Origin: an uncultured bacterium
GTDB taxonomy: Bacteria; Eisenbacteria; RBG-16-71-46
Assembly (NCBI GenBank): GCA_964655175.1
Contig: CAZZLY010000003.1
Location: 18,259-82,258, forward strand
DNA length: 64,000 bases
Reading direction: 5' to 3'
Below, one piece after another: positions 26,631-35,244 of the stretch (its first letter is position 1; every line of letters starts with the position of its first letter). The notes under the pieces were generated by a model. It was not told the origin of the DNA and ran no database searches. It saw only the letters and a list, made by a program, of their open reading frames with translations. Both the position numbers and the translations under genes were made by a program.

Positions 26631-27181
26631 CGGGCACCGTTCCCGCGTTCGACGAGCATGCGTGCGAGTGCCAGTTCGAGTTCGACGGTGCCCGTCTCGG
26701 CACCGGACAGCGTCATGCGTTCGATCCGATAGAGCGCGCGGTCACGGTCGAGTCGGTCGAGCAGCGCCACCGCCTGCTCGTAGCGGCCCTGCAGCCGCAC
26801 GCGCGCACGCACCTCGAGCGGCCCCGTCGTGCGGTTGGCGACGCCGGGCGTGGATTCGACCACCGTGAGTCCGCACGCGTCGGCCGCCTGCGCGACGCGG
26901 CGCACGAGGTCGGTCGCGAGTTCCCCCGACTCCGCGCGTCGGCCCACGTCGGACGGGGCGACCGAGTTCTGCTGCAGGAACACGGTGACCGCGGCCGGCA
27001 CCGGGGGCGGGGCGAGACTGGGATCGATCGAGGCGCCGATCGTGCCGGCGGAGGCGAGCAGTCGCCGATAGCGCGCCGCCGCGGGGGCGAACACGAGCGA
27101 GTGCACGAGCATGAACAGCGCGAGCACGAGCAGCGCGACGAGCGCGGGGGCGAGACGCCGATCGAGGCCGTTCATCGGCAC
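26627..27181 (-). CDS. PilO/GspM-like pilus assembly protein
   Basis: Bitopic, with one TM helix (APALVALLVLALFMLV), a coiled region and a ferredoxin-like C-terminus. The call rests on its position between the PilN and PilP-like genes. GTG start at 27181. Confidence 0.55.
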   Translation of the reverse strand: MPMNGLDRRLAPALVALLVLALFMLVHSLVFAPAAARYRRLLASAGTIGASIDPSLAPPPVPAAVTVFLQQNSVAPSDVGRRAESGELATDLVRRVAQAADACGLTVVESTPGVANRTTGPLEVRARVRLQGRYEQAVALLDRLDRDRALYRIERMTLSGAETGTVELELALARMLVERGNGAR

Positions 27182-27738
27182 TCCACCTGGAACTCGGCTT
27201 CACCCGAGTCGCGCATGCGGGTCGAGACCAGACGCACGCCACGGAAGCGCGCCGTCAGACACGAGTCGCGGCCCACGGTGCCCACGAGGTCGGTGATCCG
27301 CGCCATCGGGTCCTGCCCCGCGAGCGGGCGCATCACGCCGGTGAGCAGCAGCCGCCGTTCGCCGCCGCTGATGTCGTCCGGATTCCACTGCACGCTCGTC
27401 AAGCGCGCGCCCTCGGGCAGCAGCAGGGGCAGGCGCACCAGCAGGTCGCGCCAGCGGCCCGCATCGCCCAGCCAACCGGCGGCCGCGGTCGCGTCGTCGG
27501 GCGAGGGCCGCCATTCGTGTCCCTGATCGGGCGAGGTGCGCATGCGCTCCAACTGGCGCTCCAGATGCCGATTGCGATCCGCGATCGACGCCAGGTTGAG
27601 ACCGTACAGACCGAGCAGCACCGCGAGGACCCCGAAGTAGGTGAGCCACACCCCGAGACCGATCACGCGCGCACGCTGCTCGGCGCGCTGCCGACGGAAC
27701 GCCTCGCGGCGGAAGTTGATGCGGAAGACCGGGCTCAT
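27172..27738 (-). CDS. pilN: PilN-like fimbrial assembly protein
   Basis: ATG 27738 is in frame in ORF 27172..28734. The N-terminus INFRREAFRRQRAEQRAR is followed by a TM helix (VIGLGVWLTYFGVLAVLLGLYGL), which is the PilN signature. It overlaps the pilM stop. Confidence 0.6.
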   Translation of the reverse strand: MSPVFRINFRREAFRRQRAEQRARVIGLGVWLTYFGVLAVLLGLYGLNLASIADRNRHLERQLERMRTSPDQGHEWRPSPDDATAAAGWLGDAGRWRDLLVRLPLLLPEGARLTSVQWNPDDISGGERRLLLTGVMRPLAGQDPMARITDLVGTVGRDSCLTARFRGVRLVSTRMRDSGEAEFQVECR

Positions 27739-28763
27739 TCGGACCTCAGTGCCAGGCCGAGCGCCTGCGCGAACTGCGGGTCGCGGCCGGTCTCGCGGCT
27801 GCCGACCTCGGCCGGGGCGAAGACGCGCGTGGGCCAGCCGAGCGCGATCCCGAGTTGCTCCACGAGTCCGGGTACGCGCGCGGTGCCGCCGCAGACGTGC
27901 AGCATGAGGCGTTCGGGCAGTGCGGCCTGCGTGCCGTAGAACGCGAGCGAGCGACGGATCTCGTCGGCCAGCCGCAGCACCGCGGCGCGTCCCGCCTGCG
28001 CGAGCGGCGTGTCCTTCGCGAGCGACGCGTCGCCCGAGGCGAACCGCGTCGCGAGGTCCACGGTCGGATCGGTCACCGCACCCGCGATCGCCAGACGAAG
28101 GCTCTCGCCGCCCCAGTCGAGGCGGCGCGCGAAGAACGGCAGTCCCTTCACGCGCAGGGTCAACCAGGCGCTCGTGTGCCCCAGATCGACGAGCACGTGC
28201 GCGTCGGCCTCGTTCTGCACCTCGCGCGGCAGCGTCTGGGTGAGCGCGTTCGAGAGCGCGAGCGGCGCGGCGTCCACGATGGCGGGTTCGACCCCGAGTT
28301 CGTGCAGCGGCGCGAGCACCCGATCGAGTCGCTGCTGCGAGACCGTCGCGAGCAGTACGTCGAGTCGTTTGTCGGTCGTGTGACGCGCCAGCACCTGATG
28401 ATCGAGCACCAGCGTCTGCACGTCGAACGGCAGATGCTTGCGCGCCTCGAATCGCAGCGCGCCCGCGACCTCGGCCTCGTCCATGAGCGGCAGCGCGATC
28501 GGCTTCACGATCACGTCCGGGCCCGACACACCGATGGTGATGCCGCGGAACCCGCGCGGCGCGACACCCACCTGCTGCATGCACTCGGCGATGCACTGGG
28601 CGATCGCGGGGGCCGAGGGCGTGTCGCCGTCCGCGACGACGGGCATGGGCACCTCGGCGTGTCGCCCGCGCGTCGCTCCCGGGAGGAGCGAGACGAGCTT
28701 CACGCTGTGCGTGCCGAGATCCAGACCCGCCCACGGACGGGAGCCGACGCCGAACGCCATCAT
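27735..28763 (-). CDS. pilM: Type IV pilus assembly protein PilM (actin-like ATPase fold)
   Basis: Trimmed to ATG 28763 (MMAFGVGSRPWAGLDLGTHSVKLV, phosphate-1 motif). Also LRFEARKHLPFDV, and the C-terminal GGTARVPGL. Confidence 0.8.
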   Translation of the reverse strand: MMAFGVGSRPWAGLDLGTHSVKLVSLLPGATRGRHAEVPMPVVADGDTPSAPAIAQCIAECMQQVGVAPRGFRGITIGVSGPDVIVKPIALPLMDEAEVAGALRFEARKHLPFDVQTLVLDHQVLARHTTDKRLDVLLATVSQQRLDRVLAPLHELGVEPAIVDAAPLALSNALTQTLPREVQNEADAHVLVDLGHTSAWLTLRVKGLPFFARRLDWGGESLRLAIAGAVTDPTVDLATRFASGDASLAKDTPLAQAGRAAVLRLADEIRRSLAFYGTQAALPERLMLHVCGGTARVPGLVEQLGIALGWPTRVFAPAEVGSRETGRDPQFAQALGLALRSE

Positions 28764-28770
28764 GCGAGTA

Positions 28771-30036
28771 TCATGGAAGGCGCGTCTCTTTCCAACTCGC
28801 GCCGGTGTAGGCGTACATCGTCGTCGATCCCCCCGAGGTCGAGGGCAGCGCGCCGCGTGCCAGCAGGTCGTCGGCGATGGCATCCATCGTCGCATCGTGC
28901 GTCAGCTTCCAGGTCGAACCCGTGGGCGGCCCCATGAGTTCGAGGCTGCCACCGGCGAGCACCGAGAGCGCGCGCACGTCCTTGCTCGCGAGGTTGCGGA
29001 GCGCGCTCAGCGCGATGTCGCCCGCGCTCACCAGGAACACGCGCGTGTTGCCCGGGTCGGTCAGATCGAGTCCGCTCTGGAACCAGATGCCGCGATTCGT
29101 GTAGCCGGGGGCGAGGCCGTTGGCTTTGGCCACGATCACGAGCGTACCCGACTGCCCGGGCTCGGGCTGCACGACGACGCGCTGGCGGAAGCAGACGCCC
29201 GCGGGCACCACCCACACGCAGGTGCCGCGCACGTTGATCGTCGTGGTCGCATCCGTGAAGAACGTGTACTGCCGGTACTCGTCGCGACCCGCGGCGCTCG
29301 TGGGCGAGGGCGGGCTCACGAACGTGCGGGGGGTGGTGCCGGTGTTGCGGAAGGTGAGGATGCAATTCTTCGCGTCCCACAGCGTCGGCGCGCTCGCCGT
29401 CGCCAGTCGGGCATCGACGAACGCATCGGCCGCCGGGACCGGGGGCAGTCCGCTCACCAACGGGCGGCCCGAGAGCCAGCGCACGTACGGCACCCACGCG
29501 GTGTCGGCGGCGCTCGTGACGCGCGTCCACACGGAGCCCTGCAGTTCGACGGTCGGGGCCGCGCCGTTGGCCGTGTCGTAACGCAGGCCACCGGCCGCGG
29601 TGAACAGGTTGCGATAGGGATTGGCGGGCGGGACCGGGGTGAAACGCGCCTGCAGCGTGCGCGTCGCGCCGCGTTCGCGGGCGGTCACCACGATGACCAC
29701 GCTGCTGTCCGCGTTGAGCAGGCCGCGCGAGGTCGTGTCGCGCGGATCGGCGCTGCGCCACTGGTAGGCGATCGCACGCGTGATGCCGTAACGACCGACG
29801 GCGGACTGTGCCGCCTCGAGTCGTCCGGGCGGTGCACTGATGAGCGCGCGCACGAGCTCGAGGCCGCTCTCGCCGTGCTGCAGCGCCTGCTCACGGGTGA
29901 GGCTGCCGTCGAAGAACTGCGCCTCGTAGCTGGACAGCGAGAACAGCGACAGGCCCAGGATGGTGAGCGCCAGGGTGAACATGACGACGCCCACGAGGAT
30001 GAAGCCGCCCTGGTCGCGTTCCGGGCTCGGATTCAT
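28771..30036 (-). CDS. Large PilX-like minor pilin / pilus-associated protein
   Basis: Trimmed to ATG 30036. The N-terminus MNPSPERDQGGFILVGVVMFTLALTILGLSLF is the PilX_N type (hydrophobic helix without Glu5). It is followed by ~380 aa of unknown beta-rich sequence. Confidence 0.55.
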   Translation of the reverse strand: MNPSPERDQGGFILVGVVMFTLALTILGLSLFSLSSYEAQFFDGSLTREQALQHGESGLELVRALISAPPGRLEAAQSAVGRYGITRAIAYQWRSADPRDTTSRGLLNADSSVVIVVTARERGATRTLQARFTPVPPANPYRNLFTAAGGLRYDTANGAAPTVELQGSVWTRVTSAADTAWVPYVRWLSGRPLVSGLPPVPAADAFVDARLATASAPTLWDAKNCILTFRNTGTTPRTFVSPPSPTSAAGRDEYRQYTFFTDATTTINVRGTCVWVVPAGVCFRQRVVVQPEPGQSGTLVIVAKANGLAPGYTNRGIWFQSGLDLTDPGNTRVFLVSAGDIALSALRNLASKDVRALSVLAGGSLELMGPPTGSTWKLTHDATMDAIADDLLARGALPSTSGGSTTMYAYTGASWKETRLP

Positions 30037-30557
30037 CGGTTCACCAGCCGGGCGTACTCCGCCGAGTTCTTCATGACCGCGTACGCGCTCGCGTCCACGC
30101 GGTCGCCGTTGGCCGAGCGCAGCTGCACGTCCACGCGCACCGCGGAGGCGGCGGCGAGCAGCTGCATGCGCACGGCGCGCGACTGGATCATCGCCGTCGC
30201 GGGGCCGCGCGTGAGCGTGGGACCGGCGTGGATGAGCGAGTCGCTCGGTTCCCACCAGAAGTAGTAGTAGGGCGTGGACGCGCCCGGTCGATACAGCGAC
30301 AGCTGCTGATGCAGCGCATCGGGGGAGGGCGTCACGAGGGCCGAGCCCGATTGCCGGATGCTGTCGCGCATGGCGGCGGTCAACAGACTCGCCTCGCGCT
30401 GCGTGATCGCCTGCGTCGAGGCCTCGAGCCACAGGCCCTGACTGGACAGATAGAACGCCACGAGTCCGGCCATGATCATCGTGCCGAGCACCATGACCAC
30501 GGTGACCTCGGTGAGCGTGAGTCCGCGCTCGTCGCGGTCGGGCCTCAGGGCAGCCAC
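30033..30557 (-). CDS. Minor (pseudo)pilin with prepilin-type N-terminal cleavage/methylation motif
   Basis: GTG 30557 is in frame. The leader VAALRPDRDERG is followed by LTLTEVTVVMVLGTMIMAGLVAF (G|LTLTE, Glu at +5). Confidence 0.6.
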   Translation of the reverse strand: MAALRPDRDERGLTLTEVTVVMVLGTMIMAGLVAFYLSSQGLWLEASTQAITQREASLLTAAMRDSIRQSGSALVTPSPDALHQQLSLYRPGASTPYYYFWWEPSDSLIHAGPTLTRGPATAMIQSRAVRMQLLAAASAVRVDVQLRSANGDRVDASAYAVMKNSAEYARLVNR

Positions 30558-30943
30558 AGGCGCTCCAGCGACAGCGAATCGGCGCGTGACCCCTGCCGCC
30601 AACGGACGGTCACCACGACGCGCTTGAGGTCCTGCGTGCCGGTGAGCACGGGATCGTCCACCGCCGTGACGACCCACTGCGAGGTGCCGCGCTGCACGCC
30701 CTCGTACAGGAACGGCGTCGGGGTCGAGCGGTAACCGAACGCGAGCTGCGCATCGGTGCGCGACCACAGGGTCATGGATTCGAGTTGGCTCTGCGCCTCC
30801 CCCAGAGCCGCACGCGCGATCTCGTAGCGGTCCACGAGCGCACGTCCCTCGCCGAACGAGTAGGCGAGCCCGAGCACGGCGATCACCGACAGCGTGGCCG
30901 CCGTCATCGCCTCCGTGAGCGAGATGCCGCGTTCGTTGAGCAT
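30545..30943 (-). CDS. Minor (pseudo)pilin with prepilin-type N-terminal motif
   Basis: ATG 30943 is in frame. MLNERG|ISLTEAMTAATLSVIAVLGLAYSF, with Glu at +5. Confidence 0.6.
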   Translation of the reverse strand: MLNERGISLTEAMTAATLSVIAVLGLAYSFGEGRALVDRYEIARAALGEAQSQLESMTLWSRTDAQLAFGYRSTPTPFLYEGVQRGTSQWVVTAVDDPVLTGTQDLKRVVVTVRWRQGSRADSLSLERLWLP

Positions 30944-31028
30944 GCGACCGGCTACGGTCGAGCCGGCGACACGCCCGAGGGCGTGCGCCGGCCACCGTGG
31001 AGGAGGGTGAGGAGGTTCACCGCGTGCA

Positions 31029-31436
31029 TCACTGCTCGGTCCAGACGTCCTGACCGTTGCGGGTCCGGGCGAGCTGCACGAGACGACCCTCGGTCGACGA
31101 GCCGGCCTTGCCGGTCGCCCTGACCGTGAAGCCGTTCGCGTCACCCTGCGTCACCTGGATGTCCCAGTTCGACAGGGCGTCGGTCAGGTCGCAGTTGAGC
31201 TGCTGGCCGGCGGCGCCGACCGTGAACGTCTCGGGCGCGAAGTACAGGCCGTTGACCTGGTAGTAGGTCTGCTGGGCCGTGATCACCGCGCCGATGGCGG
31301 CCTTGGCCTCGGTGCGCTGCGCGTCCTTCACGTAGTTGACGTAGAGCGGCACCGCGACGGCGGCGAGGATCGCCACGATCACGATGACCACCATGAGTTC
31401 CATGAGGGTGAAGCCCTTCTCACGCTTGCGGTCCAC
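31029..31436 (-). CDS. pilA: Type IV major pilin
   Basis: GTG 31436 is preceded by AGGAGAG. The short leader (M)DRKREKG is followed by FTLMELMVVIVIVAILAAVAVPLYVNYV, a class III signal with Glu5. The mature protein is ~127 aa. Confidence 0.8.
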   Translation of the reverse strand: MDRKREKGFTLMELMVVIVIVAILAAVAVPLYVNYVKDAQRTEAKAAIGAVITAQQTYYQVNGLYFAPETFTVGAAGQQLNCDLTDALSNWDIQVTQGDANGFTVRATGKAGSSTEGRLVQLARTRNGQDVWTEQ

Positions 31437-31544
31437 GGTCGTCTCTCCTGTGAATGGCCGGTTCAACCTCCTCGGGGACCGTGCGGTCGCACGGCACCCG
31501 CCTCCACGTCCGAGGGCCGGCCGGCCCCCGGGCGCTGTGCTCCG

Positions 31545-32810
31545 TCAGGAGCCCAACATCCCCGAGCGCATCGCATGGCCCAGGTTGAAGATCGGGAGAT
31601 ACAGCGCCACGAGCATCAGCGCGATGACGAGACCGAGCAGCAGGATCGCGATCGGTTCGACGAGCGACGACAGGCCCTCGACCTTCGCGGTCACCCGCTG
31701 TTCGTAGAAGTCGGCGGTGCGCGTGAGCATCTCGTCGAGACGGCCCGTCTCCTCGCCGGTGGCGGTCATCTGGATGAGCATGTCGGGGAACACGCCGGTC
31801 TCGGCCATGGCCTTCGACAGCGACGCGCCGCCCTCGACCGCGGTGCGCACGTCGTCGAGCCCCTTGGCGACGAACTGGTTGCCGGGCACCGGGCGCAGCA
31901 CGCGCAGCGCGAACAGGATGTTCGTGCCGCTCGCGACCAGGATGCCGAGCGTGCGCGCGACGCGGGTCATGACGTACAGCTGCAACAGGTCGCCGAACAG
32001 CGGCAGGCGGAACTGCCAGGCGTCGAACCGCACGCGGCCCGCGTCGGTGCGCAGCCAGTTGCGAATCGCGAACGCCACGCCCGCGCTCAGGGCGGCCACG
32101 AGCAGCAGGTTCGACGTCAGGCCGTGGCTCACCGCGAGCAGCGCGCGCGTCGGCGCGGGCAGCTGCACGTGGAAGCGGGCGTAGATGTCCGAGAACATGG
32201 GGATGATCTTGAGGAACATCGCGAGCAGCACGCCGGCCGCGAACGTGAGGATGAACGTCGGGTAGCGCAGCGAGGCCTCGACCTTGAGGCGCAGCACCTC
32301 GGCGCGTTCGAGGTAGCCCGCGGTCTGGTCGAGCACCACGTCGAGCGAGCCGCTCAGTTCGCCGGTCTGCACGAGGCTCACGAACACGGGGTTGAAGGCC
32401 GCGGGGTGCCGCGCGAGGGCCTGCGACAGGGCGTCGCCCTTCTGCACGTCGTCGCCGACCTGTTCGAGGATCGGGCGCAGACGCGGGTCGCTGTGGTCGC
32501 GCGCGATCGATCGCAGCGCGCGCACGAGCGGCAGGCCGGCGGCCATCATGGTCGAGAGCTGACGGGCGAACAGCGCGACCGAGCCCGGCGCGACGCGGGC
32601 GCGGGCCCACGCGAAGCGCGCGCGCGGCGTGCCGGCGACCACGGGGGCGGGGCGCGCCGGGCTCGCGGCGGCGGCACGCGGTTCGATGAGCACCGGGGTG
32701 AGCTGCATCTGCGCGAGCGCGCGCAGCACCTCGTCCTCGGACGAGGCGACCTCGATCCCCTCATGCGGTCGACCGCTCAGGTCGCGCGCTCGGTAGAAGT
32801 AGCTCGGCAT
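31545..32810 (-). CDS. pilC: Type IV pilus platform protein PilC (GspF family)
   Basis: This is the C-terminal 421 aa of the artefactual 1247-aa ORF 31545..35288. ATG 32810 overlaps the pilB stop. It has duplicated T2SSF domains (FARQLSTMMAAGLPLVRAL...; VARTLGILVASGTNILFAL...). Confidence 0.9.
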   Translation of the reverse strand: MPSYFYRARDLSGRPHEGIEVASSEDEVLRALAQMQLTPVLIEPRAAAASPARPAPVVAGTPRARFAWARARVAPGSVALFARQLSTMMAAGLPLVRALRSIARDHSDPRLRPILEQVGDDVQKGDALSQALARHPAAFNPVFVSLVQTGELSGSLDVVLDQTAGYLERAEVLRLKVEASLRYPTFILTFAAGVLLAMFLKIIPMFSDIYARFHVQLPAPTRALLAVSHGLTSNLLLVAALSAGVAFAIRNWLRTDAGRVRFDAWQFRLPLFGDLLQLYVMTRVARTLGILVASGTNILFALRVLRPVPGNQFVAKGLDDVRTAVEGGASLSKAMAETGVFPDMLIQMTATGEETGRLDEMLTRTADFYEQRVTAKVEGLSSLVEPIAILLLGLVIALMLVALYLPIFNLGHAMRSGMLGS

Positions 32811-34534
32811 CAGTCGGCGTCCCCCAGCGTCACGGCGCGCACTTCCTCGATCGTGGTGACGCCCTCGAGGATCTTGTGCAGCCCCGCGCGACGCAGCGTG
32901 ACGAAGCCCTGCGCCAGCGCGCGCCGGCGGATCTCGTCCTCGTGCGCGCCGTCGAGCACCATGCGGCGCAGGCCACGGTCGAGTTCCAGTACCTCGAACA
33001 GCGCGACCCGGCCGGCGTAGCCGGTCTGCTTGCAGGCCATGCAGCCGCGACCGTGCGGCACCGTGTGGCCCTCGAGCAGGGCGCCGTCGGGGCCCAGCGC
33101 GGCCAGGTCCTCGGGCGTGGGCACCACCGCTTCCTTGCAGCGCTCGCACACGCGACGCACGAGGCGCTGCGCCATCACGAGCGACATGGCCGAGCCCACC
33201 AGGTAGCGCGGCACGCCCATGTCCGCCAGACGCGTGAGCGTGCCCGGCGCGTCGTTGGCGTGCACGGTCGAGAACACGAGGTGTCCGGTCAGCGCGCTCT
33301 TGACGGCGATGTCGGCGGTCTCGGGGTCGCGGATCTCGCCGATCATGAGCACGTCGGGGTCCTGCCGCAGGATGGCGCGCAGCGCGCGCGCGAAGGTCAT
33401 GCCGACCTTGGCGTTGGCGTGCACCTGCGCGACGCCCTCGATGTGGTACTCGATCGGATCCTCGACCGTGATCAGGTTGCGATGCACGCTCTTGATGGCC
33501 TGCAGCGCCGAGTACAGCGTGGTCGTCTTGCCCGAGCCCGTGGGGCCCGAGATCAACACCATGCCGTGCGGCTGACGGATCGCGCGCACGAACGCCTCGA
33601 GCGTGGCACCCTCGAGGCCCAGGTTCTCGACGCGGCGTTCGAACGCGCTCTTGTCGAACAGACGCATGACGACCTTCTCGCCATGGGCCGTCGGCAGCGT
33701 CGAGACGCGCAGGTCGACCTCGCGGTCGGGCAGATGCACCGACAGGCGCCCGTCCTGCGGCAGCAGCCGGACGGCGATGTCGAGATCGGCGAGCACCTTG
33801 ATGCGCGAGACGATCGCCATCTGCAGGGGCTTGGGCGGCTTCATGACCTCGTGCAGCACGCCGTCGATGCGGAACCGCACCGTGACGCGGTCGCGTGCGG
33901 GTTCGACGTGGATGTCGGAGGCGCGCGCGTCGATCGCCTCGGCGATCATCAGGTTGACCAGACGCACGACCGGGGCGTCCTCGACCTGCTGCCGCAGCAC
34001 GGCCAGATCGACGTCGGATTCCTCCGTCGTCGAGGTCGAGACGTCGAGGTTGTCGAGGATCGCGCCCAGGTGCTCGGTGGTGCGCAACTCCGAGTAGAAC
34101 TGCTCGATGACCTCGCTCAGTTCCGAGGGCGCCGCCATCCACACCGTGAGGCGGCAACCGGTGAGTGCGCGCAGATGATCGAGCGCGACGAGGTCGAGCG
34201 GATCGCTCACCGCGACCTCGAGCACGTCGCCGTCGCGCGCGAGCACGAGGACCTGCAGGTCGCGCGCGAGCGACTCGGGTACGAGCTGCACGGCCTCGCG
34301 ATGCGCCGACGTGAGCTTCTCGGTGTTCGCGATGGGCAGTGCGAACTGACGGGCGAGCGCCTCGACGAGATGCGCCTCGTCGAGCAGGCCCAGACGCACG
34401 AGCGACTGGCCCACGCGTTCGCGCGGCTCCGCCCGCTGCTGCAACGCCTGCTCGACCTGATGCGCCGTCACCACGCCGCGCTCCACCAGGAGCTCGCCGA
34501 GTCGGCTCGAGCGCAGGCTCGCGGGCATGATCAT
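32810..34534 (-). CDS. pilB: Type IV pilus extension ATPase PilB (GspE family)
   Basis: Trimmed to ATG 34534. It has an N-terminal MshEN/T2SSE_N-like domain (LGELLVERGVVTAHQVEQAL), Walker A (SGPTGSGKTTTLYS), an Asp box, Walker B, and a tetracysteine motif (CERC...CMAC). Confidence 0.9.
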   Translation of the reverse strand: MIMPASLRSSRLGELLVERGVVTAHQVEQALQQRAEPRERVGQSLVRLGLLDEAHLVEALARQFALPIANTEKLTSAHREAVQLVPESLARDLQVLVLARDGDVLEVAVSDPLDLVALDHLRALTGCRLTVWMAAPSELSEVIEQFYSELRTTEHLGAILDNLDVSTSTTEESDVDLAVLRQQVEDAPVVRLVNLMIAEAIDARASDIHVEPARDRVTVRFRIDGVLHEVMKPPKPLQMAIVSRIKVLADLDIAVRLLPQDGRLSVHLPDREVDLRVSTLPTAHGEKVVMRLFDKSAFERRVENLGLEGATLEAFVRAIRQPHGMVLISGPTGSGKTTTLYSALQAIKSVHRNLITVEDPIEYHIEGVAQVHANAKVGMTFARALRAILRQDPDVLMIGEIRDPETADIAVKSALTGHLVFSTVHANDAPGTLTRLADMGVPRYLVGSAMSLVMAQRLVRRVCERCKEAVVPTPEDLAALGPDGALLEGHTVPHGRGCMACKQTGYAGRVALFEVLELDRGLRRMVLDGAHEDEIRRRALAQGFVTLRRAGLHKILEGVTTIEEVRAVTLGDAD

Positions 34535-35244
34535 CGCGGCCTCCGCTCGGGTCGGCGTGTGCGCACGGCACGCCGCGACCGCGTGCCGAGCGGGCACACG
34601 AGGCGGGACGGGACCGAGGGCGTGGACGCGACGAGCATGGTGGGTCGGGCACGCGTGGCGTGGGGCCAACGCGCTCCTGCGTTCCGAGGGCTGTCGGAGC
34701 GTCCCGCTCATCGGGGCGCGCCGTGGGAGATCGGGAGTCCGTCCGCACCTGCGAACGGGCTTCCCGGGAGAGAGGGACACGGCGGCGAGCACACACGACG
34801 ATCCGTGGGGGGAATCGTCGTCTCAAGCATACGGAGCGCGTTCGAGGCGGGGCAACGGAATGTGGCCTGCGAGGTGCATGCACGCGGTTCCGGTCGTGCA
34901 AACTCCGCGATTCGCACGCGCGGCGCGCGTTCCCGTTCACGTGTGCGCGACGACGTGCAGTGCGGCGTGACGTTGCGTGCGAGGTCAGGTTGCGCGGTCG
35001 CGCGTTGCAGGTTGCACGACGCGTCCGCGAGCGCGGTGCGCGGGGACGCCCCGTCCGGAGGCGTACGCGTGCGTGCAGTGGGGCGCGGGGCTTGAGGTTG
35101 GCGCGGCGGTGCGCGCGCGCGCGGGCCTCGCGGACGTCGCGGGCACGAGTGATGCAAGAACCGACGGTGCCGCGTCGTGCGTCCTCCCGTCGCGGAGCGC
35201 CCCACCGATCGTCGTGCCGCCCCACCGCAGGAGCTGCGAAACGG

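Noticed and set aside
34863-34878. Sigma-54-like -24/-12 element TGGCCTGCGAGGTGCA (GG-N10-GC spacing correct) upstream of the FN3 gene
   Set aside because: Both hexamers deviate from TGGCAC/TTGCA. GG-N10-GC is expected by chance in DNA this GC-rich. The element lies ~370 nt from the start codon, and no enhancer-binding protein gene is in the window.
32876-35095. 739-aa + ORF antisense to pilB
   Set aside because: Shadow frame with no domain signatures.
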